Made by a program: the position numbers and the translations under genes. The notes under the pieces are model-generated. The model saw only the letters and a program-made list of their open reading frames with translations, made no database searches and had not been told where the DNA came from. From the IMG/VR virus record IMGVR_UViG_3300044451_000434, positions 64,001 through 128,000 of that record: a DNA stretch of 64,000 nt; one strand, given 5' to 3'. This DNA comes from a virus. Within the stretch, counting starts at the first letter, position 1; every line of letters starts with the position of its first letter. Shown piece by piece: positions 27,743 through 37,551 of this stretch.

Positions 27743-29085
27743 AATTTTGTTACCAAGCCTTTGAATTGCGAAACAACGGCGTCCGCAGAGCACATGTCAG
27801 CCAATTTTGACGCTGCTCTTGAAGCCATCAAGTTTCTCTTTTTAGGGGATGTAGACCAACATATTCTCATGGACGCACCAAGTCTTTGAATAAATTCTAC
27901 ACTCACCGTATCCGCCATGACGGTGCCATCCCATAAAATTGTACCAGTTGTACCATTTTTAATAGTTGTCCTGTCAACATCGACCAAAAATGCTGAAGAA
28001 TCATCAAGGAAATCAAGTTGACCACCAAACCTTGGAGCAACTGAAGGTATCCCGCACATGGCTGCTTCTGCATACGGAAGACAAAATCCTTCTCCCCTTG
28101 CAGCTAGAACGCATGCATCTACAGACCTGTACAACTTGGCAAGATCTGCTTCAGTAATGTTTTTAGACATTCTGACCACGAGTGGAGGATGCTTTTTGCC
28201 ACAACTTGACACCAAATCAGAAACCACATCTGCGAATTTTTTTTGAGCTTCTTCTCCGCGCTTGTCTCTATGCGCCACGATGAGACATACATCATCTGAT
28301 GGATCAAATTCCTTAAGAAATGACTCAATTACATTGGTGCCAACCTTTCTAGAGCTAATTCCAAATATAGTTAAAAACTTGAAACTTGGCAATGGAGATG
28401 AGAATTGATATTCTGCTCCTTTTGCACAAAAAATGTCATTATTAATGTGTGGACTCAAAACTCCCGCGTCAATATCATACTTCCCAAAAGTGTCACAGCA
28501 GAATCTACTTACACACCAAACCATTTCATATTTCTTTGCAGAAGCTGCAACAGCAACAGGCAGAGTTTCTGACTCGATAGTAGTGTAGAGCACCCTCATG
28601 CCAGATGGACCTGGAGAGCCAAATGTGGGTACCACACTATTTATATCAAGCATGCCTTGGCATCTTGGCCTTATGGGCAGTCCGCATCTTGCATCTTCGT
28701 ACAAAAGCTGTGGTTTCCCAAGGTCTACTGGGTCAACACTTACTGAAATGTTTTTTGTAGTAAGTGCTTTGACCAAACCTCTATTGACCTTTCCATATCC
28801 TGAATAGTCTAAAAACTGGCCTCTGATTACGACATCATCAAGCATGGCATCACCAGATGGCTTCTTTGCTTTCGCTGACATTTTTGCCAATGCTGCCTGT
28901 ATCCCATCGGCTTGGTCATGATCCAACACAACCACATAACCCTTTGCAACAGCCGAACGAAGAGATGGCGCTGATCTAACACGATCTGATGATATCTCAA
29001 ATTTATCACCACTATCACCAGCAGGGATGCGATCATCCCATTCGGGAACATATACAGGTATGCCAAGGACATTTCTTACTATCAT
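27739..29085 (-). CDS. GT4 glycosyltransferase with an extra N-terminal domain
   Basis: SGYG, RK and RGEGFCLPYAEA (E-x7-E) motifs; likely ATG at 29085. Confidence 0.9.
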   Translation of the reverse strand: MIVRNVLGIPVYVPEWDDRIPAGDSGDKFEISSDRVRSAPSLRSAVAKGYVVVLDHDQADGIQAALAKMSAKAKKPSGDAMLDDVVIRGQFLDYSGYGKVNRGLVKALTTKNISVSVDPVDLGKPQLLYEDARCGLPIRPRCQGMLDINSVVPTFGSPGPSGMRVLYTTIESETLPVAVAASAKKYEMVWCVSRFCCDTFGKYDIDAGVLSPHINNDIFCAKGAEYQFSSPLPSFKFLTIFGISSRKVGTNVIESFLKEFDPSDDVCLIVAHRDKRGEEAQKKFADVVSDLVSSCGKKHPPLVVRMSKNITEADLAKLYRSVDACVLAARGEGFCLPYAEAAMCGIPSVAPRFGGQLDFLDDSSAFLVDVDRTTIKNGTTGTILWDGTVMADTVSVEFIQRLGASMRICWSTSPKKRNLMASRAASKLADMCSADAVVSQFKGLVTKL

Positions 29086-29109
29086 GGTATATTTATCGGA
29101 AAATAAATT

Positions 29110-29706
29110 ATGCCTATTGATCAATCAGGATATTCAGACGAGAATATAATATTTGGCGGATTTGGAAATGTAAAATTAAGTGTCGGATTTTCAAAAACAT
29201 GTAGACTTGAGCCAATATGCACTGATGCTATAGCTGACGGATATTCTTACATATCTTTGGGGGGGTTCAGAATAGGAACATCAACCTACGGGCAGGGAAG
29301 AGCATTGTGGGTGTACCGTCCTGCAAATATGACTCTAGATGATGTATATGTAACAATATGGAAAGGTGTAGAATTTGAGGTTGCAGCAGACACTAATCAT
29401 AAATCTTTCTGCTCATACAATATCGTCTACAACTCAGAGATCCCAAATTCTAACAATATGATCAGACTAGGAGGAGGCAGTATATCTCTTGATGTATCGG
29501 GAAAAATTTTGTGTGTAGATAAAGGATTTCCAGAAGATGAAAAAGAAGCCATCATAGGCTCTAGGCTAATAACACTCGGAAGATTTGACAACATGTGGGC
29601 GATATCGCTCTATTCTGTTTTTCCGCAAAGTTCATCTTCTAGCAGCGGTCATGACTCGGATCCGCCTGACGCTAATCCGGAAGATCCTCCTTTTAAGGAG
29701 GGTTGA
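29110..29706 (+). CDS. Hypothetical protein, a lone opposite-strand gene
   Basis: 198-aa ORF that fills an otherwise empty gap after the capsid terminator. Confidence 0.6.
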   Translation: MPIDQSGYSDENIIFGGFGNVKLSVGFSKTCRLEPICTDAIADGYSYISLGGFRIGTSTYGQGRALWVYRPANMTLDDVYVTIWKGVEFEVAADTNHKSFCSYNIVYNSEIPNSNNMIRLGGGSISLDVSGKILCVDKGFPEDEKEAIIGSRLITLGRFDNMWAISLYSVFPQSSSSSSGHDSDPPDANPEDPPFKEG

Positions 29707-29794
29707 TGGGGAAACAGGAATTATTTATATTTTACTTGATTAACTTGCCATATTCAACAACAAAAAAATAAACAACTTTCATATCAAAAATCGT

Positions 29795-29830
29795 GAAAAA
29801 TAACTACCCACCCCTTTCGGGGTGGGTAGT
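29795..29830 (-). terminator. Rho-independent terminator after the major capsid gene
   Basis: Perfect 12-bp stem ACTACCCACCCC-GAAA-GGGGTGGGTAGT followed by TATTTTT, 26 nt after the capsid stop. Confidence 0.9.
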
Positions 29831-29856
29831 CGTGCTTCAAGATTCACCCAAACTTA

Positions 29857-30726
29857 TCAGGTGGTGGTGGGATCCACGGTGATGACGGACACGGCATAGT
29901 CGTTCATGACCACGATGCCGACCTCCTCATAGATCACCCAGCCAAGACGCAGCTTCTTTGGATCATCGGCGGGAAGGACAGTGATGTCCTGGCGGATGGG
30001 GAATGCGCCAACGGTGTCTGGGCTAGCAGTGACGATAATCTTGGTGTCATCGAGCTGGCTTGACACATGGATGTCAGCCGTCCACAGGTGACCGTAAAGA
30101 CCAGTGGTGAGGATCTCACGGGTGGTGGCCTCATCATAGAAGTCCTTTCCAAAGCTGCGGACTGCTGAGTAAGACTCAGGATGCATGACCACCTTTGAGG
30201 CCACCAGATCGTGGGTCTCAATATACTTGTAGGCAGTGTTCAAAGACGCAGTCTCCAAAGTGCCCACATTGGTGATCTCCTGAGCTGCTGGAGCAGCAGC
30301 AATCAGAGCGTTGAAGATGTTGCGATCCTCTTCCTTCTGGATTGCCTCCTTTGCCTTGATCTGTGCACGGTCAACGATGTAGAAGCGACGTGCTTTGATC
30401 TCGGACAGACGGATGGTGGGGTGTGCTGCAATCTCGAAGGTGGGGACAAGAACTTCCTCTCCCTCGGTGATCTGATCAGGCACTGCACCCTGACGGGCAA
30501 CGATTGTGGCCACGGAGGCAACATCGCGCTCGTAGCGGGGAAGAGCGCCTTGGGGGAGCTCGTCCACCATCAGGAGCTTGCGACCGACGGCCTGGTACTC
30601 CAGGGAACGCCGAATCGGCTCCACCATCGCTTGAGCAAGGGCAACACGCCCCTCCTCGGTCGACAAGGCCTGTGCAATCACGGCCTCTTTCTCGTCGTAA
30701 GTCAAACCATCTTTGTTGATGCTCAT
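29857..30726 (-). CDS. Major capsid protein (HK97 fold), 289 aa
   Basis: ATG at 30726 with AAAGGA SD. Position after the protease and decoration genes, strong GC3 codon bias, terminator downstream. GRVALAQAMVEPIRRSLEYQAVGRKLLMVDELPQG N-terminus. Confidence 0.85.
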   Translation of the reverse strand: MSINKDGLTYDEKEAVIAQALSTEEGRVALAQAMVEPIRRSLEYQAVGRKLLMVDELPQGALPRYERDVASVATIVARQGAVPDQITEGEEVLVPTFEIAAHPTIRLSEIKARRFYIVDRAQIKAKEAIQKEEDRNIFNALIAAAPAAQEITNVGTLETASLNTAYKYIETHDLVASKVVMHPESYSAVRSFGKDFYDEATTREILTTGLYGHLWTADIHVSSQLDDTKIIVTASPDTVGAFPIRQDITVLPADDPKKLRLGWVIYEEVGIVVMNDYAVSVITVDPTTT

Positions 30727-30740
30727 TGTGTTTTTCCTTT

Positions 30741-30784
30741 CTCCGACACCCCCTGATTCACGCATCAGGGTGGTAGGTCGGAAG
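30741..30784 (-). promoter_or_regulatory. Long hairpin between the decoration and capsid genes, adjacent to the capsid RBS
   Basis: TCCGAC..CCCTGAT-GCGTGA-ATCAGGG..GTCGGA. Confidence 0.55.
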
Positions 30785-30789
30785 ATTCA

Positions 30790-31374
30790 TTAGGCGGATT
30801 GAATGTTCAGGGCAATTCGAATGAAATTGCCCAGCGAGGTAGCTCCGTCAATATCGGTGCCAGGAACGCCACTTGGATAGGAGTTCTGTGCAGCGATGAG
30901 ATAGCCAACCTTGTTACCGTTGTTTGTGGCAATTTTGGTGAATTTGCCAGCATTCGTGCTGCTCTGAACAATATAGAGCGCACTTCCTGCATCATTGTCA
31001 GTATGTGCGTCAAAATCGGCGGTTACATACTGGTCAGTCAAGAACTCACCCACGCCCATGTAGACGGTGATCTTGCCAGAAGCAAGGGTCTCGTCGAACA
31101 TGTCGCTCGCGCGATTGGTGGTGGTGCGGGTGCTGCCAGAGCCATTGACAACAACAGACGCAGAGTATGCGCTGCCGCTGGAACTGGAGAGTTTGCTGTC
31201 GCCGGCCAAACCGATGGTGAAACCATCGTTGGTGTCGGGCAGCTTGACATAGGGCCTCAAGTCAGTTGCGGTGTCGGCTGCAAGTGCCACACCCATGCCC
31301 TCTGTGATGTTGCCGCTGCCACTAGCGACGGCAAACTGGGTTGCGATTGTGTGATGAACTGGAATCAGTGCCAT
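30790..31374 (-). CDS. Capsid decoration/cement protein
   Basis: ATG at 31374 with AAAGGA SD; 194 aa; IGLAGD...SGKITVY...EFLTDQY; directly upstream of the capsid gene. Confidence 0.7.
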   Translation of the reverse strand: MALIPVHHTIATQFAVASGSGNITEGMGVALAADTATDLRPYVKLPDTNDGFTIGLAGDSKLSSSSGSAYSASVVVNGSGSTRTTTNRASDMFDETLASGKITVYMGVGEFLTDQYVTADFDAHTDNDAGSALYIVQSSTNAGKFTKIATNNGNKVGYLIAAQNSYPSGVPGTDIDGATSLGNFIRIALNIQSA

Positions 31375-31426
31375 GTTGGGTTCCTTTACCCTTTTTTGGT
31401 GAAAAATACTCTCAAACCGTCGGTCT

Positions 31427-34400
31427 TCACTTGAAGACCCGACGCAGTACGTTGCTCTCAGTCTGATCCGCCAACTCCACCTGCTGCTGCAGGCGGAACA
31501 TGGACGCGATCTTGGACTTGAGATCTCCATACGCATTACGCTCACTCTTCTGCTCGGGGATCACAAAAGCCGTTTCTGACCCTGCCGAAGCCGTCTTCAG
31601 GCCCTTGGCGACGACACCCTCTGCGAACATTGCCTTCTCAAGGTCCATGAGCTGAGCCACCTTGTAGCCCATCAACTCCTTGGCTTTTGCAGGAAGATTG
31701 TCTGCAGAGATCATCCCCGCAGCCACCATCTTGCCAGCAACCTTGAGAGCCAACTCGCTGGAATCTTCACCAGCCTTCTTTTTTGCATAGCCGCCAACTG
31801 GACCGGATTTGCCGGAGCCAACTTGGCCGCCTGTCATGAGATTCTGCTTCTCTGCACCGTTCTGACCGCCAACCGGAATGGAAGGCAGGCTCAGACCTGC
31901 AGACTCGTTGCCCTCTGGAACTTCAAGTTCTTCCATGCCCTCAAGACCCTCAGAGGTGCCCACGTCGCCAAGATCTGCCTGGTTCTGCACCAGTTCAGTC
32001 TTGAGACCAAGTTCAGATGCGAGTTTGGCCAAGGAGTCGGAGAATGCTGCCTTCCGATTATCAAGTTTGCTAGAGGCAGACTTTCCTGATCCCTGAACGC
32101 CGCCTGTGGCCATGTTGCCCTTCTCACCCTTGATCTTGTCACCCTTGAAGCTAGGGCCGTCAACGGGAACCTTGGGCATGTCTGCATCGAAGCCGTCGCC
32201 GTGCTCGCTGCTGAGCGGCTTGCCGCCATTCTCAACGACCTTTAGCGACTTCAGACCAGCCTTGCCAGTCATGACGGTGCCAAGTTCTGGCTGCTTCTGT
32301 GCATGACCTATCTCCACAGCCTTCTCTCCCGCCTCCTTGGTAAGGGCAGATGCAAGGCGGGATATGTCAAGTTCCAACTTGCCTACGCCAACGACCCTGC
32401 CACGACGTAGAGCCATAGCCTCCTTCTCAATCTCATAGGATTTGTCTGACTTCGAACTAGCCTCATTTGGAGCAGTCTTTTTCATGACTGCCTCTTTCTC
32501 TTCTTTTTCTCCATCAGAATAATCACGGCCTTCGGCTCCAACCATGTGTGAAACCTCGGCAGGCTCTTCTGCATCCATGTCTTCAGTGTCTTCGGTGTCT
32601 TCAGTGTCTTCAGTGTCTTCAGTGTCTTCGGTGTCTTCAGTGTCTTCAGTGTCTTCAGTGTCTTCAGTGTCTTCAGTGTCTTCAGTGTCTTCAGTGTCTT
32701 CAGTGTCTTCAGTGTCTTCAGACCCATCCATGTCAAAATCATCAGACATCTCTGGCTCCATATCGACTTCCGTGTCCATGTCGACATCGTCTTCACCATG
32801 AGCCTTAGCTAGAGCCTTCTGTATCTGCTCTTCAATCTGCTCAAGAACATCTGGGGTCACGTCGAGGCTGATGGAAACTGTCTTTTGATTGTCATTCTCA
32901 AAACCATCCTCGCCATCGAATGGATCTGATTCTTCCATTTCGTCATCTCCGTGTGATTCTGTTTCGCCATCTTCTTCTGTCAGATCTTCAGCGAGGTATT
33001 CCTCATCCTCAGCATAGGCAGCCTTGATCATCTCACAGGCGCTAGAAGCCTGCTTAATACCCATGCCTTCGCGAACGAGATCCTCAACACATTCGCACAT
33101 GGGATCGGGCTGCGCCCAAGATGAAGCAACTTTGTCAGCCACAGTCGTGCTGTATATGTTTGCACTAGCGAGCTTGCTGCACACGCAATCAGGCAGTGTG
33201 TTTCCACGACAGGGGCCGCTGAGCGCCACAGAATCAGCGCCGTATCTCCTAGCGAGTTTTTCCATGCACTCATTCATTGGGAACTCACCATGCATGGTGA
33301 ATGCCTTCTTGAATGATCCGATGGCGGTGTCTTCTTTAGAGGCTATCTTGACATGTTTTACAGCACCCATGCTCAATGCCTTGTTCAGAACTTCAGCCTT
33401 CTTTACAACAGACATGCTGTCGAATTTTGCACGATCAATTCCCACAGAAGTGAGAGCGTAATTGATCGATGCACGCTTGCGGGCGCAACTGCTGCATGAT
33501 GCCTTCTTGAACTCTGGCACCCACTCCCACTGGGCATACGCGTCCTTGGGAGAAGTGGCTGATGCAGCAAGACGAACCTTGTACATCTGCCCAGAGTCCA
33601 AACACATCCATGTTTCATTGTCGAGCTTAACTGTATTTCTATTTCCAGTGATTGGACTCACAGATCCTAGAGGACCTTTGCTAGCGATCTTCCTGAGTGT
33701 TTCTGGAGTGAGGCGCGTGGATGCAGCAACAGGTGGTAGTCCGGGCGCACCTGCAGGAGGCATGCCGGGCGGCATTTCGGCGCCAATCCCGCCAAGACCC
33801 TTGTCTGGCTCTGCAGGGTTGTCGCCGCTAACATCATCTTGGTCAACATCTCCGTCAGTAATTTTGTCAAGAAGAGATGCGTCTGGAATAACCTTGATTG
33901 TGAATCCACTGCCACAACCTGGACCCTTGCACTGGCTCTTACCGCCAGAAACATCAACATCTTGGTTGCCGCACACGACGCAAACCGCAGCAGGCGGCTT
34001 GGCTTTGCCGGGTTGGTCATACCCAGCATCAAGACCGAGAGGATCCTGAGGAGCTGGAGCAGGAGCTGCTGGCATACCAGCGGGAGCTGCTGGTGCTGGA
34101 GGGGCGCCTGTCAGCGCCTCTGCGCCAGGAATCCCTGGAGGCATAGCGCCAGGAACTGCTGCGCTAGCACCCATGCCTGCCGGGTTGAGAGCGCTAGGCA
34201 TGGCACCTCCAACCTGAGCCTTCTTCTCAAGCCGCTCAATCTCTTCAAGCAATTTCGCACGGCGAGATATCCTTTCCTCGCGGGAATCAAATGAATCAAC
34301 AGAAGTAGTTGCGACATTCGTCTTCAATGACTTATTTTTCATGTTCTCCTCATCGGATGTAAACTTGTGGTATGCATCCTCCTCTTCGGGTGTCAGCATG

Positions 34401-37141
34401 CTTGCCTCTTTGACCACTGCCTCAACGATCCCATTAGCTTCATCAAAATCTATTGACATCGGAACAATATCAACACCAGGGAAACGGTCGGATATCATCC
34501 CTTGGGCAAACTTGGTGACCTCTGCTATGAAGTTGATGCGGTCTGCAGGATCTGAAGAAATGTCCTCGCCAACGGTGCAGCAGACCTTATACATACCATC
34601 TTCAGGACGGAATGCCTGACGCACAGCGTCCTCAAACGAAGCTTCTTTGGCCATAACTTCAGTAGCATCAGAAGCCATCTTTATGGCCTGCTCAACAGCC
34701 AAATCGTTGCTAGCGCAGTGAACAAATGCCCGAATCGCATCTTCGGCGGAAACATTTTTTGCATTATCTGCGATGGAGGCCAAAACGAGGTCGATTGGCT
34801 CAGCCATGAGACCTGCGGAAGCTCCCTTGGTCATCTCGGAGTTTCTTTCGGCAACTTCACGACGCTGAGACACAGTCCAAGGGGCTGCATTTATGGAAAC
34901 CATGAATGCAGCCTTGGCAGATCTTGATGGCTTGCCCGATATGTACTGCGCGACCTTTGAGATGTCAAAAGGATCCAAACCGTATATCGCTATGCCATCG
35001 GCAAGCGCACGAGTTGCGATCTTAACAAGATCAACTGCGCTTGCCTTCTTAGACATCGATCCGAGTTGAGCCTCTGTGGTTGCGGTTGGCTCGATCCACT
35101 TATGATCTTTGCGGAGCATATCGAGCTGGGCAGACTGCACATGGTCTGTCCACTCTGCTGGTATCTTGGCAAAAATCTCGCGGGCTGCATCCTCCCACTG
35201 ACCCTCTGTGATGGTTTCTGGGAAAGAATTCCAGCGGGCCATGAATCCGTTGGATCCGCTAGCAAGCTGCATCTCTGTGGTGCCATCAGGCGATCCAGAC
35301 CTCACCTGCGGTGATGCACTAGAGACATCTGCGAACGCAGGCTTTGATGCGCCAAGACGACTATCTGACTCGATGATCTCAGTGTATTCCGCACCAGTGC
35401 GTGCGCCTATGCCTTTGCCATCAACAAATTGCCCTTCAGTGGTGGTCGGGGGAGAGTTGTCGGTGCGATTTGAAGCTGTTTTAACGGTGCGGTTGTTGGT
35501 ATTCAATTCAGGCTCCTTACTAGAGTTAATGTTTTCTTGTGTTTCGAGGGATGCGAGAATGATGCGAGCTGCGCCTTCGGGATCTTCGGCAATTGCTCTC
35601 CTCAAGTTATGAGGAAATGCATCTGCAGATGATGCTCTGACGACACGCCCGTCAACCACTTCTGTTACGAATGATTCGCCGTCAGAGTCGGCGGATATCA
35701 CAACAGAGCAGTTGGCTGATGCAATTTTTGCAATGATTTGATTCTGTGCCAAAAGATCCTCCGAAGGAAAGTGCTCGCCATCCTCCACGCGGATGGCAAG
35801 TCCTTTGCCTCTATTATTATTTTTTTTCCAAACTTCCTCCCCAAAAGCTGCTCTTGGAATAAAAGTTGGTTTAGTAACCCTACCTATGTCATCACCCACA
35901 TCTTGGAGAGACGGAGTTCCCAAAGAAATCGGCCTTGTGGGGGATTGCTGAGGCACAGACATGGGGGCGACTGCAGTGGGCGCCATTGAAGATGGCGTGG
36001 TTTGTGATATTTTTCCACCATCGACGGGTGATGCGGGGGCAGATGTGCCTTTAGCCATTTGTTCAGAAGATGGAGATGGCAGTTGTGCATAGCCCATTTC
36101 TATAAGTTCGTCTGTGGTTTTTTGCACATTAGACATGACCTTTACAAGATCGCTGACATACTCCATAGAAACTGCCTGTTTTTGTGCCATCATGGACCTA
36201 GCAACACGTTCAAGCAGATTCATTGCCTCATTCAATTCCCCAATCTCTTGTCGACCAGCCACCTTTTCCATTCCACAAACCCCGTCCTTGCAGAATGTTT
36301 CCTCTGCCACCTTGCTGAAACCCTCATTTACGGCTCTAACTTTCTCAACAAGGCTAGCAATCTTTTTGCGAACACCTTCTGGATTCAATATTTCATGAAC
36401 TAGACAATCGTGACATGCTGGGTTGACCACAAAACTGTCTTCTATAAATTTGACTCCGAAATTATGTTCAAAAATCTGTTGATCTTTGTGGATGTGAACT
36501 TTCTTTTCATCCTTTTTGCATCCGCAAACTGGACAGGGTTCTTCACTAGCGTTAGGAGATTCATGATACTTGCAGAGATGTTCGCCATTGAATCGCTTCT
36601 TCTTACGTTCTTTGATGTGTGAGCAAAATTCTTTTGCTGTCGCGGCTCTGTGATGGCATATACTGCAGCATGAATACTGCACCTGACAACCCATCGATGT
36701 GCCATTCACATATCCCTGTTCTATTCCTCTAGCAAGCCTAGGAAAAGCAACGCGATCAACCATATTGATGGTATATATGCCGCCTGCGGCATCGTCGTAC
36801 CATGCATGGACAACCTTGCCCCTTGCCTTCTCAATATCGTCATTTTGGTGGTTGACAAAAACTGGAACCCCGATGAATGTTTTGGCAGCATGTTTCAGTT
36901 CAGTCTCGCTAAACCAGTCACCATTGTCATTAACCTCATCCTTCTTTATAGCAAATACTTTGACAAATAGATGATCAGGGTGCTCCTTAACGGCTGCAGT
37001 TATGTCGAATCCATTCAGATCAACACCAACCTTAGCCGCCTGCTTCTGCAATACATTAGTGTTGAATTCCTCCCAATCCTCAGGTACATTAAGAGCAGTA
37101 ACCTGCCTGACTCCGGAAATGGCAAACTTGTTGGGAATCAT
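31427..37141 (-). CDS. Prohead maturation protease (HK97/herpes assemblin fold) fused to a giant scaffold/internal polyprotein
   Basis: N-terminal VNDNGDWF, VFVNH (His), GTSMGC (Ser), FIEDSFVVNPA. Followed by CxxC clusters, Pro/Gly and acidic low-complexity tracts. Lies between the portal and capsid genes. Confidence 0.85.
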   Translation of the reverse strand: MIPNKFAISGVRQVTALNVPEDWEEFNTNVLQKQAAKVGVDLNGFDITAAVKEHPDHLFVKVFAIKKDEVNDNGDWFSETELKHAAKTFIGVPVFVNHQNDDIEKARGKVVHAWYDDAAGGIYTINMVDRVAFPRLARGIEQGYVNGTSMGCQVQYSCCSICHHRAATAKEFCSHIKERKKKRFNGEHLCKYHESPNASEEPCPVCGCKKDEKKVHIHKDQQIFEHNFGVKFIEDSFVVNPACHDCLVHEILNPEGVRKKIASLVEKVRAVNEGFSKVAEETFCKDGVCGMEKVAGRQEIGELNEAMNLLERVARSMMAQKQAVSMEYVSDLVKVMSNVQKTTDELIEMGYAQLPSPSSEQMAKGTSAPASPVDGGKISQTTPSSMAPTAVAPMSVPQQSPTRPISLGTPSLQDVGDDIGRVTKPTFIPRAAFGEEVWKKNNNRGKGLAIRVEDGEHFPSEDLLAQNQIIAKIASANCSVVISADSDGESFVTEVVDGRVVRASSADAFPHNLRRAIAEDPEGAARIILASLETQENINSSKEPELNTNNRTVKTASNRTDNSPPTTTEGQFVDGKGIGARTGAEYTEIIESDSRLGASKPAFADVSSASPQVRSGSPDGTTEMQLASGSNGFMARWNSFPETITEGQWEDAAREIFAKIPAEWTDHVQSAQLDMLRKDHKWIEPTATTEAQLGSMSKKASAVDLVKIATRALADGIAIYGLDPFDISKVAQYISGKPSRSAKAAFMVSINAAPWTVSQRREVAERNSEMTKGASAGLMAEPIDLVLASIADNAKNVSAEDAIRAFVHCASNDLAVEQAIKMASDATEVMAKEASFEDAVRQAFRPEDGMYKVCCTVGEDISSDPADRINFIAEVTKFAQGMISDRFPGVDIVPMSIDFDEANGIVEAVVKEASMLTPEEEDAYHKFTSDEENMKNKSLKTNVATTSVDSFDSREERISRRAKLLEEIERLEKKAQVGGAMPSALNPAGMGASAAVPGAMPPGIPGAEALTGAPPAPAAPAGMPAAPAPAPQDPLGLDAGYDQPGKAKPPAAVCVVCGNQDVDVSGGKSQCKGPGCGSGFTIKVIPDASLLDKITDGDVDQDDVSGDNPAEPDKGLGGIGAEMPPGMPPAGAPGLPPVAASTRLTPETLRKIASKGPLGSVSPITGNRNTVKLDNETWMCLDSGQMYKVRLAASATSPKDAYAQWEWVPEFKKASCSSCARKRASINYALTSVGIDRAKFDSMSVVKKAEVLNKALSMGAVKHVKIASKEDTAIGSFKKAFTMHGEFPMNECMEKLARRYGADSVALSGPCRGNTLPDCVCSKLASANIYSTTVADKVASSWAQPDPMCECVEDLVREGMGIKQASSACEMIKAAYAEDEEYLAEDLTEEDGETESHGDDEMEESDPFDGEDGFENDNQKTVSISLDVTPDVLEQIEEQIQKALAKAHGEDDVDMDTEVDMEPEMSDDFDMDGSEDTEDTEDTEDTEDTEDTEDTEDTEDTEDTEDTEDTEDTEDTEDTEDMDAEEPAEVSHMVGAEGRDYSDGEKEEKEAVMKKTAPNEASSKSDKSYEIEKEAMALRRGRVVGVGKLELDISRLASALTKEAGEKAVEIGHAQKQPELGTVMTGKAGLKSLKVVENGGKPLSSEHGDGFDADMPKVPVDGPSFKGDKIKGEKGNMATGGVQGSGKSASSKLDNRKAAFSDSLAKLASELGLKTELVQNQADLGDVGTSEGLEGMEELEVPEGNESAGLSLPSIPVGGQNGAEKQNLMTGGQVGSGKSGPVGGYAKKKAGEDSSELALKVAGKMVAAGMISADNLPAKAKELMGYKVAQLMDLEKAMFAEGVVAKGLKTASAGSETAFVIPEQKSERNAYGDLKSKIASMFRLQQQVELADQTESNVLRRVFK
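32579..32720. repeat. 9-bp tandem repeat (GTCTTCAGT) x ~16 encoding (EDT)n
   Basis: Directly visible; two units carry a synonymous A>G change. Confidence 0.97.
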
Positions 37142-37551
37142 GCCTTCAATGTTCTCGGAATTTTCACATCGAACAAATGGTTCAATGTGTAGTTGAATTG
37201 ATTCTTAGGATATGGTATTCTGTATTTTTCTGAAAGAAAAGACAGAGCAGAATATATATTGCTAAAATATTTGCCATACGGACTGTATACTTTCGACTCA
37301 AATTTTTGCCAATCGAATGGCAATTTTTTGATGCCTGCGAAAAATGACTTCTTGAGATCTCTAGTTCTTGCTGGCGAGCAGACAACATAATAATCTGAGT
37401 TGGTGGTATAGTCGTGTCCCTCCCACCTATGGTACGCCCCAGGACCAATATCCCTCTCGTATCTCTTCTTGAGAGGCTCCGTGCGCTGCGTGTATGCCTC
37501 TTCCCAAGTGATGTTGCGGTCACGTATCCTGCGTGCTGAAATCTTCAGCAT
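37138..37551 (-). CDS. Hypothetical basic/aromatic protein (~137 aa)
   Basis: Likely ATG at 37551; the stop overlaps the protease start (ATGA). Confidence 0.65.
   Translation of the reverse strand: MLKISARRIRDRNITWEEAYTQRTEPLKKRYERDIGPGAYHRWEGHDYTTNSDYYVVCSPARTRDLKKSFFAGIKKLPFDWQKFESKVYSPYGKYFSNIYSALSFLSEKYRIPYPKNQFNYTLNHLFDVKIPRTLKA

Noticed and set aside
32579-32720. Tandem repeat as a CRISPR array
   Set aside because: 9-bp units without spacers, coding (EDT)n; no cas genes.
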